This document shows positions 40,910 to 55,701 of a stretch of 64,000 bases of DNA, piece after piece; the first letter of the stretch is position 1, and each line of letters begins with the position of its first letter. The stretch covers positions 10,602,001-10,666,000 of the forward strand of contig CP075494.1 of the NCBI GenBank assembly GCA_021613535.1, given 5' to 3'. Under the pieces are notes generated by a model. It was not told the DNA's origin. It saw only the letters and a list, made by a program, of their open reading frames with translations, and ran no database searches. The stretch is from Adineta vaga (Eukaryota; Animalia; Rotifera). Position numbers and translations under genes: made by a program.

Positions 40910-42646
40910 TCAAACAGTATATCCCAAATCACTCGGATCAATTCCATTTGCATTTTCAGCTATGATCAATGTATTTAGTCCATCATTTGGAAGTTTTTTT
41001 GAATTTCGATTCATTTGTCCACGACGCATTGAACTCATGCGTAAATGTGTTATCGATGTTCGACTAGTTATACTTGTATTAGTCATACCATTTCGTAGTG
41101 TTGCTTGTTTTGGAGATTGTTGAGCACGTAAGGCCACATCGGAACGTATTTCATTCATACGCCATTGATCGAAACAATCGCAACGCCAACGCATTTTTTC
41201 AATTAAAACTTTCCGAAAACTTCGTCGAGAAATAACATAGAGAAAAAAATATAAGCTATAATTGAGCAAATAGAAAACTTCAGCAATCATTTTTGCTGAT
41301 TCAATATAAGCAGATGGTCTATGACCGCGTACACGTATTATACACGAAACTAGCCAAAGAATAAAATACGGAAAATTCAAAACTCCAAATGTAATAGATA
41401 TAACAACAAGCATCCATGTAACTTTATCATTTTCTAATTGATTTTTAACAATCATATTTACATATTCTTTATTTGCACTATCAATTTTTTTTGTTTGTCG
41501 TAATTGTTGTTGTTTTTTTCTTAGACGACCAGCACGTAGTAATTGTCTAACAGTTAAAACATTAACTATACAAACAATGCAAATGGGAAATGTCAATGTT
41601 AGATTACCATAAACAATGGTTAAATAAAAATAGATTCGATTAAATCTTTTCATTATATCACATTCGGGTAACTGACGATTTTCATTCACAATTACATCGG
41701 ACATAATAAATGAATAAAATGGTAAGAGAAATGAAAGTATAACGATAACGAAACAAATTCGTCGTGCACTACGTGGATTACATAAGACAGATGTTTGTAA
41801 AGGAAAATATACCACAATAAGACGTTCTAATGTAAATGCTACTACTATCCAATGAGCAGCAAAACGTAATGTATGACGAAAATATGTTGAACCTAAATGA
41901 TAATCAATATTCTTGGCATTCTTGAAGTATGTATGCTTTCTAGAGATAGTTTTTCTCATATTGACAAAGTGGCTACTTCAATTCAATTATATGAATAGAC
42001 AAAAAACGGTGCTGACGTCTTAGAAAATTTCTTTGAGTATCATCTTAAAAATAGTCAATAAAGTTCGAATAGAAAATAACTATTTCATGACCATTAAGTC
42101 TAGTCTTTTGTTATCTTTGCATGCTAGTCCTGATTCTTACTAATAGAAAAATCTATTCTTGATATGAATGTTAATCTTTTCTCTATAATACGATTAAGAA
42201 CTTACATTTACATAGTGGACCTGATAAGTCGATGAGATTTAATGGTAAATCAACATTGAAATCATGTACAAGAGCTCGAAGAACTTCGTCACAGAAGTAA
42301 TTGAATAGAAGTAAAGCCACAATAAAACTCACTAAAGAATTCCAAATTCGTTTTGTGTTAGAGAATTTTTTAAGAAGAAAGTTTCTTTACTTGTTATCAA
42401 ATATTCATTCGATGAATTCCGTCGAATTTTTGTCGAGGAAAAAACTTTTATTGAAAGTAATGAGCCAATCATTCCTAGACGAAAATGATTATAATCAAAT
42501 CGTTCACTACATATTTAAATCTTCTTACCAACAATAACAAGAATAATACTTGAATAAAATCGAAATATTGAACAAACATTTTTCAATTTTTCACCAAATT
42601 GATCTGTAGTTGATCGTTCAAGTGATACACTTATTGTTGTCTCCAT
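40910..42646 (-). CDS. Rhodopsin-family GPCR (FMRFamide/peptide-receptor-like), 4 coding exons
   Basis: METTISVS..YSSIILVIVG|MIGSLLSIKVF..RRNSSNEYLIT|MSFIVALLLF..GPLCK|STYFRH..WIVVAFTLERLIVVYFPL; TM5-7 TFPICIVCIVN, FGVLNFPYFI, NYSLYFFLYVISRRSFR. Confidence 0.88.
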
Positions 42647-45220
42647 AAGTTTAAATCATTTTACATTTTTATCTTTAAAAAAAGAAGAAGAAGAAAAGGC
42701 GATATTTTGATTTTTCTATATCATTCAATGCGAATAAACAGATGGTTTTATTCGCATCTTAGTTGTATCTGTCGTATATTGAGAGCGAGAGAAAAATTGA
42801 AATGTAACATTTTCTCATTTCTATTGGGAAATACAAAAATTAGAGCTACTCGTTTTTTTCACATCGAAGTCATTTGAGAATTCTCATATTCCCTAAAAAC
42901 GAAAAGCAATAAGGTTATAAAAGTATATCTCGATGTAATGTAACCTTTCATCAGTATTTTTCTTACTTACTAAGAGATAAAATCATGTATCTGGTCGTAT
43001 TTTAAGCTCTAGACTACAGAGATTAGAAGAAAATGCATTCATAGACTTAATTTCAACGACGGTAACAGATAGAAGACAAGATCAACGAAGATTAACAAAA
43101 TAGAATTCTATCGTCTCTACTTCATCGTCGAGTTTCCTTTTTTAGAAAATTGCAAAGATATTTTCAATGATTCTATTGAAATTGAAAAGATCATTATTGT
43201 TAATAGTAATTTCCGATTATCTCAAAATATAGATGAATAATAATTAAATAAACTCAACTCGAGTTTATTTAGAAAAAAAAAGAAGTATTTTTCTTATTCG
43301 TCACCATCATCTTCTCTGATGGAAGATTTGAATCGTATAAAATTACAGGAAATATCGGGTCTCTCTAATCAAGCAACATATTGTTAGCGACAGTAATGAG
43401 AAAAAAAGGAACGAGACTGACATTTATTTTACGTGAGCCATGAACTGAAAAAAAAATGTTAAGACTTCGAGGAAATTAATCGTAACCACAGGACAAAAAA
43501 CATAAACATACGTATTTGATAACAAAAAGTCTATCTGTCAATAATGAAGTTCATTTGATCTAATTGGAATTAAACACATCAATTTGACTTCATGGTCATT
43601 CGTTTTATATTGACTGAATTGTTTTTCTATGTTTCTGGCAAAATCTAATCAGCTAGCAGAAAAAAAAATCGACAGAGTACGTAATATGATTAGCCATAGT
43701 CATGAAGGCATGTTTCTATTTGCTAATAACGAATACATCATCACATTTCTATGGTGTGATGTTCTCAATGAAAATAATCAAATGAAAATAGAATTTTTTA
43801 AGTATATATGAACATACTTAAGTTCTTTTTCTCCTTCTTTCTTAAAAATAACATTAACTACTGAAATTTTCCAGTTCAGTAATGCACTAACAAATTGTCG
43901 TTTATATTCACGTTATTCTATCATGTTTATAGAAATTATGCATTCAATATCTTAATGAAATTGAAATCTTATTACTTGTTTAATCTGTATAAGAAAACAA
44001 AAAAAGAACTTTGGAAAATATGTTAGAATGTTATTACATTTCATTCCATTTCTCGAGTTCAGTTACTGGTATCAGCGTGGGTATCTTCTCTGTTAAGTTA
44101 CGAAAAAAAATAAAGATTGGAGAGATCTTTCTATTTTGTTTTTCATCAGTAAAGGATGTATTGTACGGTAATACTAAAGAAAATCATTTGAGTAAAAGTA
44201 AAATAAATGCGTAGGATTGTTGCTGGAAGTATTTAACCTCACGTCTTTGTTTTTTCTCTTTTAAATGCTTAAAAATATCTATTATCTTTTAATAAAAGGT
44301 AAAAAATTAACTCAAGGTTAATTTACAATGAATGCTTTTACTCTGTGCACAAATTCAAAGGTGATAAAAAAAAAGAAAAAGAATATTTCTTACAATACGA
44401 TTGTCATGTCTACTAAATGCACCAGTTCACAGTGTCAACGTAATATTATTTTGCTATTGCCAGGAAAAATACGACAGGTGTCATTTGAAGTTATGAAGAG
44501 TTGTTGGACACATAGACGGACAAGAACACAAGTGTTGGTTTGTATTCTAATAGTTTTTCAATTAACGTTTTTCTCTCTCTTCTATCTAAGCTTTTCCTTC
44601 TCATTCTCTTCAAGTTATTCTTCATTGCTTGCATCTTTTCTCCTTTTCTTCTCTCTCTCTCTCTCTCTTTTTCTTTTCTTCTATGAAAACTATTTATTAG
44701 AGTGCTATGACTATTCTAGTAACCGAAAACTACAGAACGACTTGTGACGCACATAGAATAGCATAAACGAGATGACAATTCTATTGACTCGACTTTCTTT
44801 TTATGAAGAAAGTCTCCAGATCGAATTGTCATCACATATGTTATTCTTAGTTTAGTAACCCATGCATTTTCCATTCCAGTAAATAATAAAAATAAAAAAA
44901 ACTTAAATGTTGTCTATAGGAAAGATAAAACATTGAAATCTCTTATCAATTAACTACTAAAATCATTGTGATGTTATACAGACTAAATATATAAATAGAT
45001 CTAAATATTATCATATTTTACATAAATAACAAGCAGATGTTAACACATTTATTTCCGCACTGTTTTCTAGGTTCTTTTTTTTCTGTTGTCTTCTTCTTCT
45101 ATAATGTATCTATATGCATTGTAAGACTTCAATAAGATAATGAGAATCAAGATCATGGAACGTTTCGTCTTCATTTCTTTTTTGCAAAACTCACGAGAAA
45201 AATACAGATTAGTCATATAT

Positions 45221-46780
45221 TCAAGCATATATTGTTGTCGTTGGTGGTCGTTCTCCTAATGAGACTTTATTCACATTGAGATTTTCGGAGATAAAATTCG
45301 GATTAATTATATAACGATGTCGATGTTTTGGCATGGTATTATAAAAAAACGTTTCTGATGCATTATAATGTATTTCAGTCGATGGCTTTGGTAACTGATA
45401 TTTATCGATCGATACTGTTTGATAATATTTTGGTCGTGGTGAGAGACTAATGGAAAGAAAGGTCAAACGATAAACCATCAATTAATCATCACTTACGTTG
45501 TATGTTGATTGAGTTTTTGTATTGTTGATGGATCAATATTATTCAAAACGTTGTAACGATGGTCTTTGATTAAATATAATCGACCATCAATGAAATACTT
45601 ATGAAGATTTGGTGATTTATCATCAAGTGTTAAACGAGGATCATACGTTAATTTGACATCTTCCGTTTCCACGGATAATTTTGTTTTGAGAGGCATTTGA
45701 GCGAGAGCAATTAATGGTTCAGTCCGTTTCTCTTGAGTATGTCTATGTTTCGTTGGTTTTTTTGTTGTTGGTGGCGTTTTTTTTGCTACAATTTTTTTCT
45801 CAATATTGTCAGCAGCAATCACACCCGGACGATGAACATAATGTGGATTGAGTGGAATAGGTAAAGGATCCATTAATTTTTGAAGTGAAGAAGTTGAAAT
45901 TTCATTCGGAAACCAAATTGCTGACTTTTTATAGACATAAATAGGTGGAGGTGGAATAGTTGATGGATCAGATTTAGTGAAAATAATTTGAACTGGTTGT
46001 TCAATTTGTTCTTCATTTATTAATTTTGGACATTGTTGACATTTTTCATCTGATAGTTTTACGTTATCTCGAGGAGAAAGTACTTGAGCTGATTGACTTT
46101 CACGATATTGTTTTTTACGATCATTCTGATCAATTGTCCCATAATGACCATTCGCTGATGATGAGCGACTTTTAGTTTGCGATACATCAATGATTTTCAG
46201 TACTGGAGTTGATATACTTTCAAGACGTGGTTCAGGAATGCTTAATACTCCAGATGGAGTAGGTGAACGAACGAGTGGTGCACTTTGTAATCGACGAGCC
46301 GATTCTTGTCGTATTAGTTCTAAATATTCAAAGAATAGGACATCTTTATTATACCGGAACACTATACAAAACAAAAGATATTTATGATTAATTGACAAGT
46401 TCTTTCTCTCATTTCCTACTTCTTTTACATATATACGTAAATCATTTACTTTTTTATACATTTTATGTCTCAAAGATATAAATATCAGGACATGAGATTT
46501 TTCCGCTGACTAGAGATTTTCTATTAGATGTGGTTAATTGCACATACTATCCGTTGAATTAGATACGAAATTTGGTGTAGCTGCTTGTCGTTTAGTATTA
46601 TAATGTAATGCCCAAGGTGGGTTCAATGCTTCATCAATCGTTAATGCGGAATGATAAGCAGGATGACTTGGTGCCATACTTTGTTTATAGCGTTGAAGAA
46701 TTTCACTAGTTAAATTACTTTTACTACGATTAGTTGGTACTAGAATAATGAAATTAAAAAATAGAATTATGGATTTCTTT

Positions 46781-46817
<37 letters not shown>

Positions 46818-47022
46818 ATATCCAATATTTCTTACATCGACTTGTTCTTGGCTTTTGTGTTAATAAATCTTTATCGAGACCTCTATAGAGATAAACATCC
46901 CGAGGCGTCATCGTTGTTGGAATAGCACTATCATTGACTCCTTCAGAAAAGGAAGCATAAAGACGGCCATTATTAGTTCGATTGCGTTGTTTTGATGTCA
47001 CAATCGGTGGTCGAAAACTCAT
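45221..47022 (-). CDS. Uncharacterised Pro/Ser/Lys-rich soluble protein, probably 4 exons
   Basis: ATG 47022 (MSFRPPIVTS). Three overlapping-in-order minus-strand ORFs (46534-47034, 45493-46473, 45221-45481) are linked by GT-AG introns. No recognised domain. Confidence 0.65.
46786..46813. repeat. (TA)n microsatellite (intronic); similar tracts near 18064, 20748, 34453, 36750 and 53790
   Basis: Direct reading of the dinucleotide run. Confidence 0.85.
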
Positions 47023-48817
47023 CTTAATCTTCAATAATAGAAATCTAATTGTCTTAAGACGTATAGATGGTTGAATATTCTCACTCTTTCTCTCTCTCTC
47101 TCTCTCTTTCTCGTTTTTGTTGTTAGTAACAGCGACTGACGTATATAAACAAGGTTAAGCATGCTACAGCCATCAGCAGAAAATCGGATGGCCATTTCTC
47201 TTTATTCAATAGAATATATTCTTTCTTAACGACATTGAGAGAAAAATGAGAAAATTTTAAAACAAAAAAAAAAGAATGTTCTTCTCTTTTTTTTTCTTCA
47301 TTTTAGACAACATTAGAATATAAGAAAATGTTATTGTTGAGATAGGAAAGAAAAGAGTCGAAATTGAAAATACATTACAGATGATCAATACTTTTCAAAG
47401 TAAACATTTTATTCACTTAACTTTGAATGAAAAAAATCCATTATGGTTACTAATACCTTGAAAAATATCTCGATTTACAATGTGATCAACATTCTGTTTT
47501 TCTACTGATCGTACTTGAATTGACTAAAATATTTCTGTTGTTTATCAGACTACTAACAATTTTAATTTCGTTCCCAAAGAGTTTCTCCGCTAAAATAAGA
47601 TATATAATTATTTCTTTAAAGATCTTTGTTTGAAGAATGCACCTACGCATATGATTCATTAGGATTTCCTTATAGTCAAATACCAGTTATTTGATTGTCA
47701 AAAATTAGATGAACACTATCATCAAGATGCTAATAATATTTCTTTTACAAGTACACCAAAATTACTGATCCACAATCATCAGAAGAAATGTGTCAATAGT
47801 AATAATTTTGTTAGTAAATGATGACAGACAGTAATGGTTGAAGCGGAGAAACATTCAAAATTAAGTTGTCATAGGTTCTTTTTCCAATAGTATCGATATG
47901 AAATGAATATAAAAAATGAACGACGAGAACGTTTTTCTAGATCGTTTCCATACTTGAATGAAAATAGGTTGTTATTACTTATATATGAAGTATGCATTAC
48001 GATGTGAAATGGTTTTATTCTGAAAGAACGATTTTAAATTGAAAACATATTTGAATAAAATCATTTGAATTGATTGATTTATCTAAGATATGCTTAATGA
48101 ATTGGGAAAAATTATTAAATGACATCTGTTAATAAAATTCTATTTTTATAAATAGTTCTCAATTATATCACGTAGTTTTCATTATTTATCAAATAGTTCA
48201 TTTCTCAGGAATAATCATATTGACAATATTTACATCTGTTCGAGAGTCTGGAAAGATAAACATGTTTCTTTCTGTGATATTATTGTGTATTCACCTTCAA
48301 GTTTCGAAAGAACTTGTACATGTGTGGACTAGTGTTTTTGTACAGTTAATATGATCTAGTAATATGCGGCATGTTGGAATCTGTTCCCAAGGTATATGTA
48401 ATAATATGAGAGACAGTGACAGGAATCAGTAGTTTTACAATATGGTGTACTTATAACAATAATTTATCTGAAGGAAGATTATTGCACTTGCATGGGAATA
48501 AAATCTTATATAGTAAGGTCTTCAAAAAGAGATTTGAGAAAGATTTTAGCGTTGCGACCTTTTTGAATACCATTTCTATTTAAACAATGTTCGCATGTAA
48601 TCAATACAAATGCACAAATAATTAGAGAATGACATTTATTTTACTTCACCATGTGTGAAAAATCTTGTTTTTCACAATTCTTATTCCAAGTTGGAAGTTT
48701 CGCAATGACTCACTTTGCTGTGATGTTTACTGATGTTGGTAGATAAAATAACGCATTTTCATTCTGTTTTTCTATTTCATCAAACACACACAGTATCATA
48801 AACGTCGCATTGAAAAT

Positions 48818-50443
48818 ATGACATCGATATCTACTAGCAGAAATCTTTGTAATACATGTAGCAAAGTAAAAGGTATTTCTAAATGCGAAGGCTGTAGGAA
48901 AATTTTTTGTTATAATCATTTTGGCAATCATCGTCAAGAATTAAATCTACAATTAGAAGAAGTTGAAGTTAATCGAGACGTTTTTCGACAAACTTTGACA
49001 GATCTTACAGACAATCCACAAAAACATGCGATGATACAGAACATAAACAAATGGGAACATAATTCAATTCAAAAAATTCAAAAAAATGCAGAAGAAGCAC
49101 GCCAGTTATTACTTGGACATTTGAAGAAACGTACCGGTGAGATAGAAGCGAAATTGAATGATTTGACCAAGCAATTGAGACAAAGTCGTGAAGAAAATGA
49201 TTTTGTCGAGACAGATATAAATTCTTGGGGAGGTCAAATTAATCAACTTAATAACGAACTTCTTTGGCCAGTAAATGTGAAAATCCAGTACGAAACAAAA
49301 CCACTTGTTACTGCAATCTCTGTTGATGTATCAGACAGTAAGTACCTTTTATCATATCCGGCTATCAGTTGAATTTTAATTCTTTTTTATGACTATAACT
49401 CAGTAGAATGAACTAGACAAATTTCAGTATCTATCCGATTTAAGATCACAGAACAACGATGCTTTATAATATGAAAACCATCATAATGATATTTGCAACT
49501 TCTTCATCTTTTCATAGAAACAATATCGATTGATCAAAATAGGACAAATCTCAGATATATACGATGGAAACCAAATGGTACTACAGTCGCTGGAGGTAAT
49601 GATACAGGAGATAGACTGGATCAACTCAATTTTCCATGGGGCTTATACATTGATAATGGTGATCAAGCTATTTATGTGGCAGATTCTTACAATCATCGTA
49701 TTGTAAAATGGAATTACAATGCCACAAGTGGTGAAATGGTAGCGGGAGGTAATAATGCAGGAAATCGAACTGATCAGTTACATAACCCGACCGATGTTAT
49801 TCTTGATAGACAAAGCAATTCACTTATTATCTGTGATTCAACTAATCGACGAGTAATACAATGGCCTTGTCGAAAGGGTATGTGTGGACGGATACTTATT
49901 TCTGGCGTTTGCTCTAACGGACTAGCACAGGATAATGCGGGATACATTTATGTGTCTGATGCAGAGAAACATGAAGTAAAACGATGGAAAATAGGTGATA
50001 CTACTGGTGTTGTGGTAGCTGGTGGTAATGGACAAGGAAATCGTCTTGATCAGCTTGATAGACCTGTGCATGTCTTCGTCGATCACGAGCATTCCGTTTA
50101 TGTGTCAGATCAGAACAATCATCGTGTGATGAAATGGACGAAAAATGCTAAACAAGGAACTATCGTTGCCGGTGGTCAAGGAGAAGGCAACGATTTATCA
50201 CAATTGTCCCTTCCTCGTGGAATAACTGTTGATCAGTTAGAAAATGTCTACATTGCTGACAATGGTAACCATCGAATAATGCGTTGGGCGAAAGGAGATG
50301 CGTATGGAAATATTCTTCTCGGTGGAAATCAGGCAGATAAACATCAACTCCATTATCCACAAGATCTGTCAATTGACCGACAAGGTAATCTATATGTCGT
50401 TGATATGGCTAATCATCGAGTACAGCGATTCGATATCGGCTGA
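48818..50443 (+). CDS. B-box/coiled-coil + NHL-repeat beta-propeller protein
   Basis: CNTC..CEGCRKIFCYNHFGNH zinc box and coiled coil; intron ~49338-49517; six NHL repeats (VAGGNGQGNRLDQL..P..VYVSD..NHRV). Confidence 0.88.
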
Positions 50444-51507
50444 AGTTCAAATTAACAACATACTTAAAAACTCTACATCCAACCCTTTAAATTCAGAAAT
50501 AATTCAAGTGAGACTATGGTATGAATAAAATATAAGAAAAGAATATTCTCCTTATTATGATGTAAGATTGATTGAGTTGTGAATTGTCCACCGGTGTATT
50601 CACACGTTACTCTAGGAAGAACATCAGAGAGATTCTTTGCTGTATATTATATAGAAGAGCATCACTGAATGCTACAACACATTATTTGTCTACAATTATC
50701 GAATATATACATCTGATCACGCATTGCAAGGATCAAAGCTTCTCTTTCCATCATCGATCTTCATGATGAGCACGCGTGTCACTACCCCCTTAGGCACAAA
50801 CAAAACGAAAGTTTGTCTGTCGCGTGCATTGACTACGTACAATATCCATTCAACACGATGTTGCCGACACACCTTCGATTATAACAAACATTCAAAGCAA
50901 TGAATTGATATATCTAAATATATACATGTATGATTTCTTTTTCCTTTGAAGTTTGTCATCGATGATATACATTAAAACTCATCAATCAATCAATGAACAG
51001 GAAAGTTGATAGATGATTTTTCATCATCAACGAGAGATAGGTAAAATTCAAGTTATATTTAAATCTCTATTTGGAATATGATTGTCACACATATCTCATC
51101 TAACTTTTCTTGATTAAATAACACCTCATGTATATTCGTGCTCCTATTTCATGCTTGATGATCATCACATCGATGTGATGCAATGCGAATAATCAAAATG
51201 GAACAATACATAAACTTTCTATTGACATTTCTAATCAGAAGATATGAATCACACCTACATATACATATACATCTATTCACACGCGTCATATCATATCTCA
51301 TCAGATTCTATATAGTATGAAATTAAATTTTGTTTTCAACAAAAGTTTTCATTCTTTCTCTTTATCTCTTATCGAACAATTGGTAGATTTTTTTTATTAT
51401 GGCCACTATGAAAACAAAAATAAAGAAACAATGTATGTATGTATATATACACAAAGGAATGTATTTTATCTGAATAAATTATATTTGAATACAAGAGTAA
51501 AAACAAA

Positions 51508-52323
51508 TCAACAATAATGTCCTGGATAATAATAAAATGAAGGATCAGGATATATGAATTGTTGTTCATTTGAATACGCATTTGTAGGAAATAATTGAGT
51601 TTGTTCAATCATTGTATTAATATCATCTGTACTACTATCACCAGCATATGATGAACTATGATCAAAACTAAATATTCCTGTATCATCTTCACTTTCACTT
51701 GTTAAATTCATCTTTTTTAAATTAATAAATTCTAATGGATTTTTTACGCGTGGATGTACTGATGATAACAAATATGTTTCATCTGATATTGGCATAGTTG
51801 ATGGTGATGATGCGGTGTCATTCTGTTGTAATATTCTTGGATTGAGAGAAAGTGTTGCAGCAACAAGATTCATTGTATTTGGTGATAAATCACGACAAAG
51901 TAATTGAGCAAAATGTGTATTATCAAGTACTTGATCACTAGAGATCATATGTGTTAAAGCTTCGATATAATTTTTTGCTAAACGTAATGTTTCAATTTTG
52001 GATAATTTTTGTGATAAAGAAAAACAAGGTATGGTTTCACGAAGAACTTCTAGTTGTTCATTTAGACCTTTCATACGTTCACGTTCACGACCATTGGCTT
52101 TGATACGACGAACTTTGAAACGTGCGACACGTGATGGTGTCATTTGTTTCTTTTTTGGACCACGTTTCTTGGGTAGTTTTGGTTCCATCTGTGATTTTTT
52201 ATTCATCAAAGATTGATATGTTGTGTCGTCTTTTGGGACTTCAATACTTTCATGATATTGTATTTCCATTTGTAATTGTTGTAATTGTCGTTGTTCTTCT
52301 TCTTGAGGTATTTTTGTTGGCAT
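51508..52323 (-). CDS. NeuroD: NeuroD-family bHLH transcription factor, single coding exon
   Basis: [51 protein letters not shown], and the NeuroD domain [25 protein letters not shown] at 52323. Confidence 0.93.
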   Translation of the reverse strand: MPTKIPQEEEQRQLQQLQMEIQYHESIEVPKDDTTYQSLMNKKSQMEPKLPKKRGPKKKQMTPSRVARFKVRRIKANGRERERMKGLNEQLEVLRETIPCFSLSQKLSKIETLRLAKNYIEALTHMISSDQVLDNTHFAQLLCRDLSPNTMNLVAATLSLNPRILQQNDTASSPSTMPISDETYLLSSVHPRVKNPLEFINLKKMNLTSESEDDTGIFSFDHSSSYAGDSSTDDINTMIEQTQLFPTNAYSNEQQFIYPDPSFYYYPGHYC

Positions 52324-54227
52324 TTGAAAATAATATTCAAGTAGATCACGTTGATTGAAGTGTGTTATCAATGATTGAGTTAAAGCGGAAATGTTCTTCT
52401 CTTCCTGTATATATACTCACTCGTTCACTTGTTTCTTTCCTCTTTTTCTCTCTCTCTCTCTCTTCTTTTTCGATGACCAATAGAAATTGTACAAAAACGG
52501 ATATCATCGATTGGTGCGATAGACACGTGTGAGATATGAACTAATCATTAAGCTCAATTTTTACACTTTCAGTAGGAAAAAATGAGCATATAATTATATC
52601 GACGTAGAAAAGACAAAAAAACGCCAATAATGTATTACCTAAATTATGACTTTATTTCCATTCATATTCGAATAATATCGAGTTTTTGTTGGACCTAGTG
52701 CAATATAAGATCTTTTTCAATGTGTCTATGTCTATTTTTGATGAGTTAACCATGATCAAATAAGCTAATCAAAGATCAAACAAATCGCAAGTGGGATGAT
52801 CAATGTCGCGTGTTGGTCGACTTATCAAAAAAATAAAATGGCATGTGCGTGCTCTACCGTCCGTGCAAAAGCACAATAGTAGGATGATACTCATTTTCTT
52901 CTTTTGTTTTGAATCTATCCGAATGGAAAACTAATGCCGCATATTTGATTCTTTCATCATTCATTTTCTTTTTCGATGAGATAAATGCTAATTTTCAATG
53001 GTCAACTGTCTCGGAAAACAAAAACATAGTGAAAAAAAATAATATTCATATTCTTCGTGACTTTTTCGACAAGTCAGTGTGAAGAAAAAGTGATGTCATT
53101 GTCTTGCACGCAAGAAGTTCATTTCCTGATAATTACCATGAAGAAGACAAATCTGATGTAAGAAACTTTTCTTATGCTTGAATGAATAAGCAAGTGTCAC
53201 ACGAGGAAAAAATCAAACTCATTATTTTTAATTGGACTAGTCGACGAAGAACGTCAATAAAACCAAATAATTATTGCTCATTTTCTTATGTAAAAGAAAT
53301 GATAGATTAAGTGACCTGAAGATATTTTGACAAGAATAACTTCATCTCATCATTGTCATTATAACGCCTTCTAATATCAATCAATCAGTAAAGATTACGT
53401 ATTTATATGATGATAACAACAAGGTGTACAACATCTTTTCTTTACTGAATTCATCAGTAGAATGACTTGTATTATTGACATACAGGAGTATGTATGTATA
53501 GCGAGGTGTCACGTCGTTATCGTCAAGATATAGCTAGTAGTCAATTGATTATTATAAATCGACAGATGGATGAATATTTACAATAGTTTTACAGCTTATG
53601 AATCAAGAAGGTATAATAAAATAGATTATTTAAAGATGAACGTTTTTTTCTTAAAATTTGAAAAGCATGTTCAACCAATTCAATAGTTGAATAGATTTCT
53701 TTTTTTTTCTATAGAAACAATGATCCGAGTGATTTATTCTTTGATACGCTTCTTTTCCTTGCAGGTGTCATCGTAATAAATCAGTATAGATATATATATA
53801 TATAGATTTCAATCAATTATTTAACAGTTAACCTGCTGGGTCGATCAAACAGCCACTCTTCTCAACTAACTAGTACTTATCCATGATGTAACAGTTTTTT
53901 TTTCTGTTACTTTTTTCTATCACTCAAATGCCGACATGAAGAGAAACAAATTTGTCACTTAATTCAATTGAGTGAATAATTTTCTTTGAATGTTCAAAAA
54001 ACAAAATTATCAACTATGACGTATATATTCAACAAGAAAGAAACCACTACTATTCACACATATACTTGTTTGTCTGTTCAACCTTGTCTACTTCTTCTGT
54101 TTCCCCAGTGAGGCACACATACACGAGCAAATAATTTATAAACATAAACGGACAATTGAATCGCAAATATACATTTGAACAGCACAACGGGACGCTAATA
54201 GTATAGTATTGAATGCACAAGAGACGA

Positions 54228-54246
54228 GAAGAAGAAGAAGAAGAAG
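54228..54246. repeat. (GAA)n microsatellite; a similar (CTT)n tract near 61565-61588
   Basis: Direct reading of the trinucleotide run. Confidence 0.8.
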
Positions 54247-54959
54247 GGGGAGGTGTTGTTTTATTTCCTGTTCTCTTCTCATTGAATTGTACTGTATAGT
54301 ATAGAAAATCTAATCAATTTTTCTTTTCTTCCATGTTGAAAATGCTTGATCGGATTCAAAATGAATGTGTATACTAATTGGAATGAATAATGGACACTTA
54401 TAAAAAGAATTGTCTTTTTTTGTTCTTCGCTCTTCTTGTTTTGAGTATGAAAAGCGACACGGAAATGAATTAGACTGGTAAAACTATTGCATCAATGTAT
54501 ATCACATGATATGAAATCAAAAGTCTTATTTATATGAATGATGCTAAAGATTTTGATTGCGTAGGATGTGCGAAGAGGCAGGAACAAATCTCTTATGCAT
54601 ATTTAATCTCAGTCTGTAGTTTAATCAAGAGTTGAACTTAAAAAGCTAAATTTAATGATAATTATAATCTACAAAAATGCAAGCTTAAGTTCTTTTTTTT
54701 TAATGAATCTTATTATTTTTAGTATCTGATAGTGCTGATTAAGATTGAGTACTTTCAGTGGAAAGGAAGTATAAGATTTTCTCATGAATATTAAACTTGA
54801 TAAACGTGACATCCTTTCCAAAAGTTGATCTTTATATATATAAAAAAAAATGATTGATAATATTATATTTTCACAAACTAAAGATATCAGAATCATTACA
54901 GAATTGAAAAAAAAAGAATTAATATGAAAAGAAGAAGTGTATTTTTTCATCAGAAGTTC

Positions 54960-55701
54960 TTATTGTGATCGACCAAGTTTGAAAACAAATAGACAATAAA
55001 GAATAAAGGAAAAGAATGTGAAAACTAAGGCGATGATTTCCAATCCAGATGCCCAACCAATACGTACTGTATATGCTGCTCTAGCTCTATTTCGAGCATT
55101 TTCCCAAGAATCATCATCTATACAAAACAAAAAAGAAACATCTGATTTCTTTGTTCAAAAATCGATACATACCAAAGATGGTTCGAAAAACTGCCATCAT
55201 ATCTCGCAATAAATAACTTCCAACAAGAATAAGTGTTATAAGTATAAAGATGAATGCTAAGAAAAGTAATACTAATGGTAAAAAACTTAATAATATTGCT
55301 GTTACACTTGTTTCATTTGTTTTAATTGAATGAATAAATAGTAAAATGATGGATATACCAAGAAAGACAGCAGCAATAATTGCACATGCTGCAATACCTT
55401 TGGTTGACGGTAAATAATCACATCCACAATTTTCAGTTAAATTCTTATTTTGACAATAAGACCAAAGACAAGCTCTATGAATAACTGGATACGTATTTGG
55501 AAAACAAGTTTCACCATAATGAGTATCACTAGGCACACATCGTGTAAATAAACCAATTGTTGTACGATTAAAACCAGTAACCGTAATATTCTCTCCAGTT
55601 ACATGTTTCCAATGATGATGACCCATAGCAGTGACATGAAAAATGAATGCAATGACCGCAAGAATAAAAACAGTGAAATAAAAGATTTTAGCTTTATGCA
55701 T
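54960..55701 (-). CDS. Claudin/PMP22-superfamily tetraspan membrane protein, 2 exons
   Basis: TM1, then W..IGLFTRC..C loop, TM2-3; exon 2 supplies YTVRIGWASGLEIIALVFTFFSFILY (TM4) and a stop at 54960. Confidence 0.8.

Noticed and set aside
44328-44747. 139-aa ORF with hydrophobic F/S/L stretch, and similar ORFs at 28730-28924 and 39025-39219
   Set aside because: They translate pyrimidine or (CT)n low-complexity tracts, not real TM proteins.
52060-52110. NeuroD basic-region substitutions ([11 protein letters not shown] versus ANARERNRMHG)
   Set aside because: Key DNA-contact residues (N, E, R) are retained; consistent with ordinary lineage divergence.
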